Assembly: GCF_036321535.1 (NCBI RefSeq)
Contig: NC_087437.1
Coordinates: 117,802,001 to 117,866,000 of the forward strand
Length of the DNA stretch: 64,000 nucleotides
Reading direction: 5' to 3'
DNA from: Camelus dromedarius
Taxonomy: Eukaryota
Shown: positions 23,908 to 37,519 of the stretch, piece after piece
How the letters are laid out: every line of letters starts with the position of its first letter
Numbering within the stretch: the stretch's first letter is position 1
Made by a program: the position numbers and the translations under genes
The notes under the pieces: model-generated
The model's database searches: none
What the model saw: only the letters and a program-made list of their open reading frames with translations
Told to the model about the DNA's origin: nothing

Positions 23908-24271
23908 ATTTTTTTTAATTAAAGTACAGTTGATTTACAATGTTGTATTAGTTTCTGGTGCACAGCATAGTGATTCAGTCATACACATACATATAGAAAC
24001 TGACACATTGTAACTGACTATACTTCAATTAAAAATACATATATATACATAATCTTTTTCATTATAGGCTATTACAAGGCATTTAATATAGTTCCCAGTG
24101 CTATACAGAAGGACCCTGTTGTTTATCTCTTTTGCATATCATAGTTTGTATCTGCTAATCCCAAACTCCTAATTTATCCTCACCACCCCCTTTCCCCGCT
24201 GGTGACCATAAGTTGGTTTTCTATGTCTGTGAGTCTATTTCTGTTTTGTAAATTAGTTCATTCGTCTCATT
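23908..24271 (-). mobile_element. 5'-truncated L1 3'UTR with 13-bp TSD, carrying a nested about 40-bp plus-strand L1 tail
   Basis: TSD tccttgttgattt at 23895-23907 and 24272-24284. Antisense of the 19711-20176 type 3'UTR. Nested insert at about 23995-24034. Confidence 0.88.
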
Positions 24272-25858
24272 TCCTTGTTGATTTTTAAGCCCAGCTGTTT
24301 TTGCAGAATCTACTTCGGCTGTCACCTCCTGCTGTTTTTGCAGATTCCACTCACCGTGACCTTGACTTCATGATCTTTGCATTTAAATCTGAGACTGCAT
24401 ATGTCCTGGCAGGGCCCTGCAATACAAGGCTCAGGCAGGCAGAGCGATCCAGGAAAGGTTGGAAATTCTTGGACTCTGTTCTGAGCTTCATCCATGCAGC
24501 CTCTGGGAAGCCAACGATTCTTTCTGGGTCTGAGATCTCTGAAACATTCCTACAGGGCTGAACAGTTTTATTTTAAGGAAAAGTCAGGTGTGTGGATGAG
24601 AAACATGGGGACAGGGAGATGAGGACCCTTGGCTGAAGGATGTGTGGGGGCAGGAAGGGAAGGTATCAAGAGAGGAGAGGAGGTAAATGGCGCTGCTTCG
24701 AGAGCTGGAGATGAAACACTTTAAATTATCCCAATGCATCTTCTGTGGTTTGTTTTAATTGTTTCAACATCCCACACTGACAGTGGACGTTGTGATGAAT
24801 GGCCTGCCAACGCAGGGCAACATGTGGGCCTGTCCTACTTCCTCAGGAAGAATCAGCCCAGAATTTCTGAATCCCCAGATGGCCTCGCTGTGGCCTCCTT
24901 TTATCTCTGCTGCTCATCAGTGAAAGGGCAACTTGCACATTAAGACAGCGCTGAGGTGCCCTGGTGGTGGGGCCGGCTGCTGAGCCGCGCTGGGTCATGA
25001 TGACGTTCCCAGCCTCGCCGCTAATGAGAACATTTGAAGGATTACTGACAGCCGGTGTCCACGGAGGTTGCTGGAAGTAATTAAGCAGTGCTTCAGTGAT
25101 GGCCTTCATTGGCACATTTGAGACTTGAATGATAAATGAGTGAGAGGCAGGGTTGTGAGCAAACTTTACCTGCCTCCGGCGTCTCCAAGACCCTCTCCTT
25201 CCTGGCATCCTTCCCAGCTAATCAGGTCAGTGTCAGGGACAGCTGGACTACCAAGCACCTCCAGTCTCCACCCTGTGATATCACGAGATGTGCAGTGGAG
25301 GCCTCTCTGCGGATTTCTGGGCTCCCACCTCCTTTGTCTGGAGCACGTAGCCTGAAATGTCTTTGTGCATCGATGAAATGTGGTGTAGAAGCTGTGCTGT
25401 TGATACAGCAAAAAAAAAAAAAAAAAAAAGGCAAAACTGGCCACCAAGGACAGGGCTAAACCCACACAGGACTAGCCAAGTGATGGAGAGGGCAGACCAC
25501 TAAAAAGCCCATGGCAGCATCACACTGAATGACAGAAAATTGTCGACAGCACGTAGATCAGAACAAGGGTGGGTGATCCAAGAGTAATTTCCGATATTTG
25601 TAGGATTAGAAAAATGTATAAGCACGTGCAGAGAGAAAGCAGACGTCTGCTTGTGCTGTGCTGGAGGGAAGAGATGCTTCCCAGCACCCTGCCGCGCTCC
25701 TCCTTCCACAGGGTCAGCTCTCCGGTGTAACACTCCTCGCCTCCCCTACTGCCACCCCGGCTGGGGAGAAGGAGTGGGTTCGGAGGGAGGAACAGGAGTA
25801 CATTGCGCTGCCTTTTCCTCCGCTTCTTGTTGGGGGGGCTCGCAGAAACACGCACCTT

Positions 25859-26388
25859 CTGGTGGGCAGACTTTAGAACGGCCCCCAGTGATCCTGCCTC
25901 TGGCACCCACCACCTCAAGGAATCCCTTCCTCTTGAGTGGGGGCAGCACGACAAACGTGATACAGTGTCACTTCCGTGCTCAGGTGACAGAGATCCTAAC
26001 TTCCATCTTGCGACTCTCTGCTGCCTCCTCAACTCACACGTTTTGGTGAAGCGAGCAGCCACGGTGGAGACACCCTCCCTGCAAGGAACTAAGGGCGGCT
26101 TCTGGCCAGCAGCCAAGTGGGAACTGAGGTCTTCAGTCCAACAGCCCGCAAGGAACTCAGTCCTGACACCAACCACGGGAACTTGGAAGCACAGGCTTCC
26201 CCAGTGGAGCCTTCAGGTGACACCTTGGCAAGGCTGACAAGTTGACTGCGGCCTCAAGAGACACTGAAGAAGGCTCCGGGAAGCTGTCCCTGGTCTCCTG
26301 ACCCTTGGACACTAGGAGCTGCTAAGTGTGTGTTGTTCTAAACAGCTAAGTCCGGGGTACTTCGCTGCAAAGCCATCGGTACCCGTGG
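25859..26388 (+). mobile_element. MaLR LTR (MLT1E-like)
   Basis: Starts tggtgggcagactttagaacggcccccagtgatcc, contains gccaagtgggaactgaggtcttcagtccaacagcccgcaaggaact, and ends gtgttgttctaaacagctaagt. Confidence 0.75.
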
Positions 26389-27444
26389 TGCTGTGAAGCG
26401 TGCGTGGTGGGTCTGTGCTTTGGGTGGGCAGAGGCCGCCAGGATGCGAGGGATCCTTAGGGTGGCCTGGGAGCAACTGTTGGAGTCTTGGCTCCAGTCAG
26501 GAAGTTCACTTCCTCGTAGATGTAAGCAGCACTGTCCCACGTCACTTCTGTCAGTGACAAATGAAATGCTATTATTTGACTCCTTTGTCTCATTCACATT
26601 TTTCAGATCTTGGGCAGGAAAAGAGAGTTCCTTCTATGAGGCATCCTTTAAAACACCATCTGTGAATGCTGGGGTCAGGGGAGATTCTTCTGCTTTTTAA
26701 CGTATTATTCCATTTAAAAAGACCTGGGAACGTGTATAATTATTATAATCAGGAAAAAAGCATTTTCCTAAAAAGGGTCGGCTAGGTGGCCAAGAAAATG
26801 CAAGTGGATGCCAAGCAGGACTTTTACTACTGTCCCTGATGTGGTTTCTGTGACACACGCTGTCATGTCCTTAAACTTTCTAGAATCTTGGGACCAGATT
26901 CCCACTAAGCTCTGCTACTTCCAACCACCATCCCAGTCCCCATCCTTTTCCACTGCATAAAACAAAATTGGGATAAATGGAAGATGAAGAGGAAGTGGTC
27001 CTGAGTTATGAGAGTGCCATGGCTTGTGTCACCTGTCCCCCTCAAACTCAAGTGAGGGGGCAACAAGAGAATCCCCACAGAGGTTGGGAGAACAGAGGTC
27101 ATGTTCCGCAACTGCTGCTTCAGTAGGAGGTGACATGTTCGTCCACCGTACACCTACCTGAGCAGAGAAAAGTAAGTCAGAGGGAGAGAGATGTCAGATG
27201 GAGGGAGAGGTAGGACAAGGGCGCATGGGACTCCACCAGCACTGCAGAAACTGTCCGCGCTTGACTGGTGCCTTATCCAGGACAGCTGGTTACCAGGAGC
27301 AGGTCCAAAGGCCAGTATCTCTGCATGAGAGTGGGGAGCATCGTGGGGGGGGGGGCAGTTATTTATCTCTTTGTCATCCCCCTGAAAATCACCTGCCAAA
27401 TAAGTCACACATGTTTTCAGAACGGAGCCCGTGTCTGGCTATGT

Positions 27445-28260
27445 GCTCTAATAAGGAATATACCTGGTCTTTGACCTTGAGTCTTGGCACAGAGCTTCAA
27501 AATTCTTGGAAATCCCTGAATGCTGAGAACGTCTTCTGTTATTCACAATGAACTCCTTTCTGCCTAGCAGGATTTGTGTTAATGAGGTAACTCTAGGTGG
27601 ACCCTCTGGCAGTTTCTAGGGAGGGGCTGGTCATGCCAAGAAGACAAAGCATCTGATTAGCGAATAGTGATCATTCCCACTCCCAACCTCTGGGGAAGGG
27701 AGCAGGGCTGGAGACTGAGTTCCATCACGGTCTCATCAGTCACATCCAGTAATGAAGCTTAGATAACAGCTCTGAGCAAAGAGCCTTGGAGACCTTCCTG
27801 GTTTTGAACGTTATCGATGTACTGGGTGAGTGACCTGCCCCGCCCTACAAGGACAGAAACTCCCGTGCCCAGCACCAGATCTATGCTGTACACCTGTTCA
27901 CCCGGCTGTTCATTCAGATCCTTTCAAATAGAACACTCATTGTTAAGCAGAGCACTCTTCTGAGTTCTGTGAGTCCTTCCAGCAAAATATCAAACCCGAG
28001 GGGATGGTAGGAAGCCCCTAATTTGTAGCTGGCCTTGCACACCTGTGGGGGGCCTGGGGACCCCACTTAATGCTGGCCTCTGAAGTGAGGGCAGTTCTGT
28101 GGGACCAAGTCCTTTAATTTTGTGGGGTCAGACACTAAGCGCAGGTAGTTAGTGTCAGATCTGAATTGTACTGGAGGACACCCAGCTGGTGTCAGAGAAC
28201 GGGGCTGGAGTGTAGGCCTTTTGCCATTTAGAGAACTTTGATAGGTAAGTATCAGAGAAA
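27445..28260 (+). mobile_element. MER21-like LTR
   Basis: ggcacagagcttcaaaattcttggaaatccctg, ctgagttctgtgagtccttccagcaaa and gaattgtactggaggacacccagctggtgtcagagaa are MER21-type motifs. Confidence 0.7.
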
Positions 28261-28699
28261 TTACAAGTCGAGATAAATAAGGGCCCCTTTGTCCCTCACC
28301 GTCTCCTCCTGTAACCCAACTCAAGACAAGAAGGTGACCAGAATGAAAGACCAGACTCTTCAGCCAGGGGGAGCGTGCAGTGTCACAGTCTAAGTCAGAC
28401 CGGCCATTATGATGCAAGGAAGCAAGCGGCAAGCTCTAGGACCTGCCCGGGAAGTTGTCACAGGAGATTCAACAGAACCCAGTTGAAGGCAGTCATGCGA
28501 GAAAACACAAATTGATTCGTTACACTTCCCCAACCAGGCCCCATCAAGACCACATTTTTCAATAATTCTCTTTGTAGAAAATATACAGTGGATAGTATTA
28601 AATGTATTTGATTATTATAGTTGCAAGGTTTTCTAATCACTAGAAGCATACATTACACCAAGTCCAAGAGATTTGAGGCGCACTGCAACTTAACACAGA

Positions 28700-28940
28700 G
28701 AGCCAAGGTGACTGGCTGATGGGCGTGAGAGCCAGGCCTTCAGCCTCGGCAGGGCCAGGTCAGCTCCACAGCTCTCTGCAGAGTCAGCAAGGGCCCTGCT
28801 TGCACCTGCTCCCCAGCGTCTCCCTCTGTCCGTACCTCCTGCCTCCCTCATAGGCACCAACCCCAAGTGCCCCACAGTCAGCTTCCTGCACACAAATTCC
28901 CACCTCCGAGTCTCCCTCCCCTGGAAGCCAGCTCACGACA
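28700..28940 (+). mobile_element. LTR16-like LTR 3' part
   Basis: cttcctgcacacaaattcccacctccgagtctcc...gaagccagctcacgaCA terminus. Confidence 0.45.
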
Positions 28941-29029
28941 CCTCTCTTTGTTTTCAGCATTCCATCTCTAAGTCAGCGACCTCTGAGTCTCCTGCTCACT
29001 CATCCCGCACGGGGCCTTCACCACATGCC

Positions 29030-29400
29030 GCCAGAGCACCTGCTGTACTGCTTCCACGGCACTAGTCGTGTGTTTAACCATCGTTTATTCATCTGGATAC
29101 ACGTCAGTGCCAGACTGGAGGCGCCATGAGGGAAAGGCCCCCGGTCTGTTCACCGCTGACTCCCCAGGGCCCAGCGTCGAACATAGTCTGGAGCGTATCT
29201 TCAACATGTACTTATGCAGTGAACAAGTGAATAAAGGATGCCACATCACCCTGCAGGATAATTTCATTATCTGTAGTCTTCTGCTCAACTTTTATTTCTA
29301 CTCACTCATTCATTCAACCACTGAGCACCTACTGTGTATGTGGCAGTGCACTGGGTATTGTGGGTTGGGGGCAATGGCACCGACAGCTCCTGCTCCGCTG
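29030..29400. mobile_element. Two L2 3' ends, tail to tail
   Basis: ccatgagggaaagg...tctgttcaccgctgactccccagggcccagc on + and cattcattcaaccactgagcacctactgtgt (antisense). Confidence 0.6.
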
Positions 29401-29529
29401 TTGTCATGTGATTCCTGAAGCCAGATGCCACCCTACAACTCCCTGTCATTGTCTGCCATGGTATTATGACAGATCTGTCATTGGCCCATGACTCTTTTCT
29501 CTGGTGAACCATAAGGGCTCCTAGCAGGT

Positions 29530-30178
29530 GTCGAGGCAGAATAGTGGCATCCTCAAGATCTCTGGAATATGAATATGTTACCTTATGTGACGAAATGTAA
29601 TTCTCAGATGGAATTAAGGTTGCTAATGCTGACCTGAAAATAGGGAGATGGTTCTGAATTATCTGGGTGGTTCAATGTCATCACATGGCCCTTGGACCTA
29701 CAGGTGGAAGAGGACAGCAGAGGACCCGGATAAGTCTGTGCAGCAGCAGGAGAGGCGGGAGGGGTGGGGCAGGAGGAGAGTCAGAGGATCGGAAGTGGGA
29801 GAAGGACTCAACCTGAGCTTGCTGCCTCCTGACATGCAAGTGATCTCACGCAAGGGACGGAAAGGCTTCATGGGATGAAGGGCGCTCCCTTGGGTGGCAG
29901 CCAGCCCAGAAACAAGGACCTCAGTCCTACAGCCACAAGGAGCAAAATTCTGCCAACAGCCTGAACAGCCTGGAAGTGGATTCTCCCCCAGAGCCTCAGA
30001 ATGGAACGCAGCCCCAGTGACACTTTGATTCTGGTTTTGTGAGATGAAAGCAGAGAAGCCAGCCGAGCCCACTAGATTTCTAAACCTGCAAAGTCTGAGA
30101 TCATGAATGGGAGCGTTTTATTTTGTTTAAGTCACTAAGTGACGGTTATTTGTTACGGCAGCTAGAGAAACTAAATGT
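29530..30178 (+). mobile_element. MaLR LTR (MLT1D-like)
   Basis: gaatatgttaccttatgtg, gatggaattaaggttgctaa, aattctgccaacagcctgaa, ggattctcccccagagcctc, and the end atttgttacggcagctagagaaactaa. Confidence 0.8.
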
Positions 30179-30399
30179 AGTAGGTATCCAATGCATATTT
30201 CCAACTTTAAATTGGGGGTATTCCCAAATCAAAAGCCTGACCCTGAGTGCCTGTAGAGAATATTTTTAGTTCCAACTCTGCGTAAACAATATGGGACTTC
30301 CATGGCACGTTAACATGTACGACTTTGCGGAAGCCACCGCTACAAGGTGCATGTGGACACATGGTCCCTCCTGAGCTGCCAGCCGCTAGCACCAAAGTC

Positions 30400-31075
30400 T
30401 ATATCTATAGGACCCTCTGGAGAAAGAGAATTGACAGGGTGGAGGTACCAACAGATTTGTGCTAAGGAATAGGCTCACGTGATTATGAGGACTGGTAAGT
30501 CCAAAATCCACAGGGCAGGCTGGCAGGGTGGAGACCCCGGGAAGAGTTACTTTGGCAGCTCCAGTGAGAAGGCAACTGGAAGGCAGAAGTCCTTCTCCCT
30601 CTGGGCAACTCAGTCTGTTTTCTCTAAGAACTTCTAACTGATTGGACAAGGCCCACCCACATTAAGGAGGGAAATCTGCTTTTCTCAAAGTCTATTGATT
30701 CAAATGTTAATCTCATCCAAAAAAACACCTTCACAGCATCATCTGAATGGTGTTTGACCACACACCTGAGCACCACAGCCCAGCCAAGTCGACATATAAG
30801 ATTAACCATTGCAAGCTCACCGTGTGTCAACTCAGCACCGATACACGCTTCCTTACACCACACTTCATCGCTGAGTAAAGACAACAGCCAGGCCATACTT
30901 CCACCTAACACAATAGAACTGTCCTGTGTACGACCTAAACCGCTCCAACCCCTTCCTCAGAAGAGGAGGTAAAGTACCTGGGGACAACATTCACTCCTCC
31001 CCTTGATGTCTTATAACTTAAACACAATGATGTAAAGTTAATGTGTCTTTATTATAAAATATGGAGAGAAGAGAG
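30400..31075 (-). mobile_element. MLT2-type LTR (about 30400-30813) with adjoining ERVL internal 3' sequence
   Basis: ggctcacgtgattatgagg, gattggacaaggcccacccacatt and gacatataagattaaccat are MLT2 antisense motifs. They are followed by tgtcaactcagcaccgatacacgcttcctta, which is ERVL internal-like. Confidence 0.75.
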
Positions 31076-32000
31076 AGAAGAAAACAAAGGTAATTGTTAC
31101 AGGCACACAGACACACACCCAAGACCGCTGCCTGGGGGATAGGATCGCCCGAGCAGAGGGGATCCACTTAGCATCTGCACAGTAACAGTAACAACGTGGG
31201 AGGCAGTCGTTACACCCCTACTTTTTACAGTTGCAGAAATAATTCCACGGGGTGCATAAGAAAGGGGGGCTCATCGGCGGTCTCAGGAGTGACTCTGCAG
31301 ACAACTCAGGAGATGGCAACTATTTCAGTGGTCCTGGGCTTATCCTGACTCTCCTCCGCTCTCAACACAAGGACAAGGTAGCAGTGTGACAAAGTGACAG
31401 CAGTCACCATTGCCATGCACCTGTTAACACAACAGACGGTCACCAAACTCCCTTTTCTCCTCATTCTTTTCAGAGGGCTGTGCCTTTCCTTTAATGTATT
31501 ATCAATAGCCTTGAAGAAAATGTGCTTTTTCTCTCCTTTGTCACATTCAAAATTAATAGCTATGGACTCAGAATTGCAAAGCACATCTGACTTATTCTGG
31601 TTCGATTTTCTAGCAACGGCCCATTCGTATCACATCTATAGCTGAGCCACAGAGGACTGGGCGTGTGACCTGTGTCTCTGGGGAGAAAAAACTGTTCTCC
31701 AGGAGCAAGTAGCTGAAAAGTGCAGAAATGATGAAAACCGAAAAATACACATTCTGAAAAACGTGCCCTCAGGGTCTGCTATGGTCTGGCCTCAGCTTTC
31801 TTGCTCATTCCCTGCTGCGTTTCTTCCCGCTGCAAACAGTGGGGAGGACCCACTTACAAGGCCCAGAGGAGGTTATTCTCAAGGGACACGAACACACGAA
31901 TTGGTTCCCAAGCTGAATGTCTAAGAAAAGAACGGATATAAAAGTGATGCCAAACCATGCAGTGAAATGTGATGCACTTGTTAGAAATAATGAGATGGAG

Positions 32001-32106
32001 TAAACAAACAAACAGCCTAATTACCTTCCCCCCAAAGTAAATAAAAAAGTATAAACAAGCAAAAAAAACCCTAAAAATTAATAGAAAGTTTAAAAAAATG
32101 AAAAAA
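32001..32106 (+). mobile_element. 5'-truncated Vic-1-type SINE tail
   Basis: The cctaattaccttcccccc motif is shared with the SINE at 33338. TSD aatgagatgRag at 31989-32000 and 32107-32118. Confidence 0.65.
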
Positions 32107-33337
32107 AATGAGATGAAGCTACACATATTTACCTAGAAAGACAACTAGGAGATACTGTCAAACAAAAAAGCAGACGCAAACCGAAGTATCTCACGTGATT
32201 TCATTTTTTTTAAAAACAAAGCTGACACAGATACACTCACTAGGAGAAAGGACAGAGGACAAGGCTTATCCAAGGACACATCCTCGTGGGCTGTAAGGGC
32301 TTCATCCCGGCCCCTCCTCCCAGAACTCTGTCCTCTGTGCCGGTCGCACCACAAAAGAGACACATCAAGCTTTCTCCTGCTCCCGGCTCCCCTCTCATGA
32401 ACAATCAGGACTCCACTCCGAGCAAGGACATGAGCTAAGTAACAAGGTACAGGGAGCAGGGCGGGGACTTCTCTGGATGGACTTCCGCAGTGAGAACCAG
32501 GCCCCACCAGCAGGAAGTGATGCCTTTGGGCCATTTCCTTAGGCAGAAGGCTAAATTAGAATCACCTGAATAATGTTTACCTTATGGGTCTCCTTAGAGA
32601 AAATAAAGAGTATTGAGTCAGTCATTCTCAGCAATGCTTGCATCATGCTTATAAACCTTGTGTGGTCCTCCAGTGCTTGATACAGAACACTGACCGTTAA
32701 AACCACACTCTGGTGCCCAGGATGAGCTAAAAATCAGGTACCTGTTCCGCTCACACAGCTTCAGAGTGAGGGGGATTGTACTTGTCTGTGTGTAAATGGG
32801 CTCTGCTCCTCTGTGACCCCCTGAAGATCAGCAGCTACGTGGACAGACGCATGTGCCAGAACCTCCCCCTTGAGGTGCTGGCATGAACTGGCTAAGGGTG
32901 TGGGATTTAACTGAATAAATGGGAAAACATATATTCAAAGGCTCACTTCCCACCACTTCCCACCTCCTGACACAACTATGTCTGGAACTGCAAAGAGCAG
33001 ACGGCCAGTCACTCCCTGGTGGCCAGGGCATCCCCCCAGGACCTGCCCTTGCATTACAGATGTTCCTCAGTCACCCTTCTCTGGGGCTGCTGTCTTTGGA
33101 TGTGTCCTAATGTGAGTAGTTCGGACTGCCTTGCAGAAAGTCAACCCTGGGAGTCCCCAAGAGAACAGCGAGCATTTCAGCACAGATACCCAGACTCTAC
33201 ATGGTATAAGGCATCAGAGGAACATCTCTAAGCCTCATCTTTCCGTTAGCTTTTTTCCATGCACTTGTTCACAAGGTCCATAACAAGACAGATGGGCTGT
33301 AAGCTTATTCCCACTGAAGTCACAATAAAAATGGTCT

Positions 33338-33458
33338 GGAGCGAGGCTATAGCTAGGGGTGGAGCGCATGCCTAGCATGCGTGAGGTCCTGAGTTCAATT
33401 CCCAGTACCTCCATTAAAAAAAAAATAATAAAATAAACCTAATTACCTCTCCCCTCCA
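33338..33458 (+). mobile_element. tRNA-derived SINE, camelid Vic-1 type
   Basis: A-box-like tagctaggggtgg, B-box gagttcaattccc, A-rich linker and aaacctaattacctctcccc tail. TSD-like aaaa(a/g)tggtc on both sides. Confidence 0.8.
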
Positions 33459-33859
33459 AAAAGTGGTCCAGTAGTCCCTGAAGATGGCATTTATCTGTAG
33501 CTGCTTTTCTTTCCTTTTGTTGTGTTTAAACAAAACTACCCATTGTCTTCCGCATTCTTTTCCAAGGGAATTACGTTAAATCAGCGACGTGACAGCAATG
33601 ATTCAGAGAAACACAAGAGAGAAAGGCAGCCCCTGAGGTCCAGGAGCCGGCTGAGAATTCCCGGCCGGGCTTGGTGCTCTCTCGTTGAATGTAAACAGTT
33701 TCACAGAACAGCAACAGCAAACAAGGCTACTTCGGGGCTGAGATGGAACAAGATGAAACAAGCCCACTCCATCATCATGTGTGAACACAGACACAGCATG
33801 AGCACCATCGTCCAAATACACAACAGAATGACCAAACATTCACTGTCCTCGCTCATCTG

Positions 33860-34185
33860 AGTGACGACTGCATTTTACTAACCACAGCTTCGGCCTGGCT
33901 CCATCCCTCCCAAGCCATGGATGAGATTTACAAGATATCCAATTGTGGAATCACCCCCATTGCCTACAGCATCCAATCCCGAGCCGAGTGCTGCTTTCTT
34001 GACCCTTGCTCCAAATCCCTTAACACAGGCCCAGGTATCCAGTACATCCTTTCTGACACCCTCATATGTAGACACCCCACTGGTCTCCATAGTGTGTGTT
34101 CTCCAGCATGACAAGAAAAAACCCAACTTCGTCTACTACTTGTGTGAGACTGGTGGGCTGTGGCTGGCAGGCATGGACCCACCAT
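33860..34185 (+). mobile_element. ERVL-class LTR fragment (MER68/MER77-like)
   Basis: acagcatccaatcccgagc...tcctttctgacaccctc...gtgtgtgttctcc pattern. Family is tentative. Confidence 0.45.
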
Positions 34186-34989
34186 GAAATGGGAGCACAG
34201 AGGTTTGCGAATCCCAGCTCAGATGCGTGACTGACTTCCTGGCACATAGAGGAATGTAGCAAATGTTTGCTGAATGAATGAAAGGATGAGTCAGCTACTA
34301 TTGAAACTGAAATGCATATATCTTTGAGACTTCTGGTCACAGATCATCCCACCATGAAGCTGTTAAAACTGCAAAAACATTCCAACAACATTTGGAGTCT
34401 AATAATAACATAAAATTATTAAGAACTGGGGAATCAACTGTACACATAAAAGGGAAAGGCAAAATATCTACTTAAAATAGCATACAAAATTCAAAATTCT
34501 GTGGGGAAAAATAATAAAATATGCCTATGTCCCAGATGGAGAAACCTGCACACCTCCAGTAAGGGACACGCAGGCAGAACAGAGAAAGCACAAGCTCCAC
34601 ATTCCTGGATGTGAGGACTCAGCGCTGTAAAGATGTGGGTCCCCCACCCCAAATTATTCTACAAATGCAATGAAATTTTAGTCACCCCCAATGATTGTTT
34701 TTTTTTTGAAATAGACAAACGTTTATCTGGAAGAATAAACACATGAGGAAAGCAAAGAAAATTTCAAGTAACAGTGAGGGGAGGACAGGCAGGTTCCTAT
34801 CAAATCTTTACCGTGTCACACAGACACAACTGTTTTACCACGTGACGAGAGCATAGGAACTTTTTGAAAAAAGAACAACAAACAAACTCAATGCAAAAGT
34901 ATCCATGAGCATGTAGGGTCTGAGTGCAGCCACTTCTGCTAATGAAGACCTGGTCCTTCCTCCTTCTAGAGACACTCACTGCCAGAACA

Positions 34990-35175
34990 TTCTATCACTT
35001 GATCCTCACAGCTTTAGACAGTCTGCACAATTATTTCCATTTTACAGGAGAGGAACACTGGGCTTGGAAAGGTTAGAGAACTCCCCCAAGTTTATATAAC
35101 TAATAAGCCATGGAACTGGGACCTGAAAACAGATTATCAAATTTCAAAACCTAAACTCTGAACAACTGTGGCACA
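34990..35175 (-). mobile_element. MIR
   Basis: attatttccattttacaggagaggaacactgggcttggaaaggttag is the antisense MIR core. Confidence 0.7.
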
Positions 35176-35207
35176 GATTCATTAGAAATTGCTGGATATT
35201 CTAGGAT

Positions 35208-35850
35208 TTTTTAAAAAAAATAGCTTTGTTAAGGTGTAATTCACATACCATAAAACTCACGTTTACAGTGTATAGTTGAGTGTTTTTTAGTCTATTCACA
35301 GAATTCTGCAACATTCACCACTTTCTAATTCCAGAACATTCCACATCCCCAAACGAAACCCTGTTCCCTTTAGCAGTAACTCTCCGTGGGCCCACCCCTC
35401 CAGCCCTTGGTAACCACTAATCTTTTTTCTGTTTCAATGGATTTGCCTGTTTTGGACATTTCATATGAATGGGATCCTATGGTATACGGTCATTTGTGCC
35501 CGGTTTCACTTAGTGGAATGTTCTCAAGGTACATCCATGTTGCAGAATGCATCGTGGCTTCACTTGCCGGTATGACTGAGTGACATTCTATTACACGATA
35601 TACTACATTTTGTTTATCTGTTTACCACTTGACGGCCATCTGAATTGTTTTCACTTTTTAGCTCTTATGGATAGTGTTGCTATAAACATTCATATACAGG
35701 TATCCATGTAGACACAGGTTTTCATTTATCTCAGGTATATACCCAGGAGTGGAATTGTTGGGTCATATGATAACTGCATGTTTAACTTTTTGAGGAAGCG
35801 CTAAACTGCTGTCCAGAGCGGCTGGACCACTGCACGTTCCCACCACCTAT
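35208..35850 (-). mobile_element. Old L1 3' end (L1MB-like)
   Basis: gtgtaattcacataccataaaactcac, gtaaccactaatctt...gatttgcctgttttggacatttcatat and cccaggagtggaattgttgggtcatatg. Confidence 0.8.
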
Positions 35851-35869
35851 CAGCTCCACATACAGAGGA

Positions 35870-36725
35870 CAGAGTGAGGACCGGCAGAGCCATCAGAACG
35901 TCAGGGGGAAACCCTGGGAAGAAGGGAGTCACAGAGAGTATAAGTCCCAGTATTTGCATATACAATCTGCCCAAATCTTGGATGACAACTAACAATTCAG
36001 GAGACCACAGGGGCTCAGGGGAAAAGCATCACCAGAGGCTGGAAGAATGGCCCAGAGACTTCAACTGCAGCCCAAGGCAAGGGAGGGGGGTAATTTTGTA
36101 GGTCAAGTCCAGCTAACTGAGGTTCTGCTAACACAAAGGCCACCCTTTGGAGGGACATGCCAGAATCTAGAGTCTCTGCAGTGTGTCACCTACAACATCC
36201 AGTATCTGATTTTAAAAAATTACCAGACGTGCAAAACAACGGGGAAAACGTGCCCGACGCTAAAACAACAGTGGTCAACAGAAACCGACCAGAAAAACAC
36301 TCAGGTGTAAATAACAAACAAGGATTTAAACAACTATCATAAATATGTCCATCATCACAAATTAATATATATGCATCATAATTAGACAGATTGGAAATTC
36401 ATCAAAGAAATAGAGAATACAAAAAACGAAATCCCAGAGCTGAAGATTGAAATAACTAAAATGAACACCTCAGCACAGGTGTGCATGAGCTTACATGTGT
36501 TGGAGAAAGATGAAGGAAGAGCCAGGAATGACTAAAGTAGATTTAAAAACATGCAACCTGATGAGAGAGAAAAATGATTGAAGAAAAATGACCTAAGAAC
36601 CAGAAATCTTGATATTGGGAAAATATCAAGTGAGCTAACATGTGTTCTAGAATGAGAGGCAAAGAAGAATAGGACAAAAAAATTACTTCAAGAAATAAGA
36701 GTTGTAAACATCTCAGCTTTGATTC
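35870..36725 (+). mobile_element. Old L1 5'/ORF1 remnant
   Basis: A-rich decayed ORF1-like sequence (gagctgaagattgaaataactaaaatgaa; tcaagaaataagagttgtaaacatctc). Confidence 0.55.
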
Positions 36726-37519
36726 CCTGTGCCTGATACAAGCCTGAGAAACATCAGGGGAGGACAGCCCAGAACCTTCCTTGCTGCAGTATCTGGAAGA
36801 CTCCTGTTAACACCACAGGGGTGCATGGCAGCAGGGAACCAGCTCTGCCCTCCCCACCGTCAGATCGGAGCCAGCACTCTCTGCTCCCACTGCTTCCCAT
36901 TTTCTCAGTAGAACAGCAGATCTCCCATTGCCATGTGCATAGCCTAATGCATCAGTTTTCAGGCACATAATAATCCTGTCAAGCAAACACACAAGGAACA
37001 AACGGGAGTCATCCCTGTGTTGTTTTGTTTCAAGGGTACCGCCTGAGGGACAGATATGTTCACGGGACATCTTTTCTCTTCATGCTCCTATATCTCTTTA
37101 TTAAATTATTATTATTTTTCACTTTTCAGAATTTAAATATTACAATTTTAAAGGGTTAAAAATACTGGATGCCTGAAACAAGAAATAGTTTATAAAGCCA
37201 CGTGAGGGTTATCAAGAACTGGTAAAATGAACTGTGACATAAATGTTCCTCTCCACTAGTCGTTTGTGAGATTGAAGAGGGAGAAGCTAAGACTGGCCAA
37301 CTCTAGGAACCATTTTTCTGTGATGAACACTCACTGTAAATGTTTCTTTCTCTAAGCCCCCTCCACGCACTGGGTACAACATTCAAACACAGTTACCTCT
37401 TGCCTTGGGTCTCTGATTTCTTACATCTGCTCTCTCTGTTCCCTCTCCCTCCAGTACCTCTGTTTACCTTCAACAATCCTATCGTTTGGAATCCACTGCG
37501 TTCCTTAGGACTGAACTCA

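Noticed and set aside
25410..25429. A20 run as a solo poly(A) retro-insertion
   Set aside because: No convincing TSD or upstream poly(A) signal. Simple homopolymer expansion is sufficient.
25520..26237. Cluster of 130-218 aa ORFs
   Set aside because: They overlap a GC-rich MLT1 LTR, are open in several frames on both strands, and have no domain signature.
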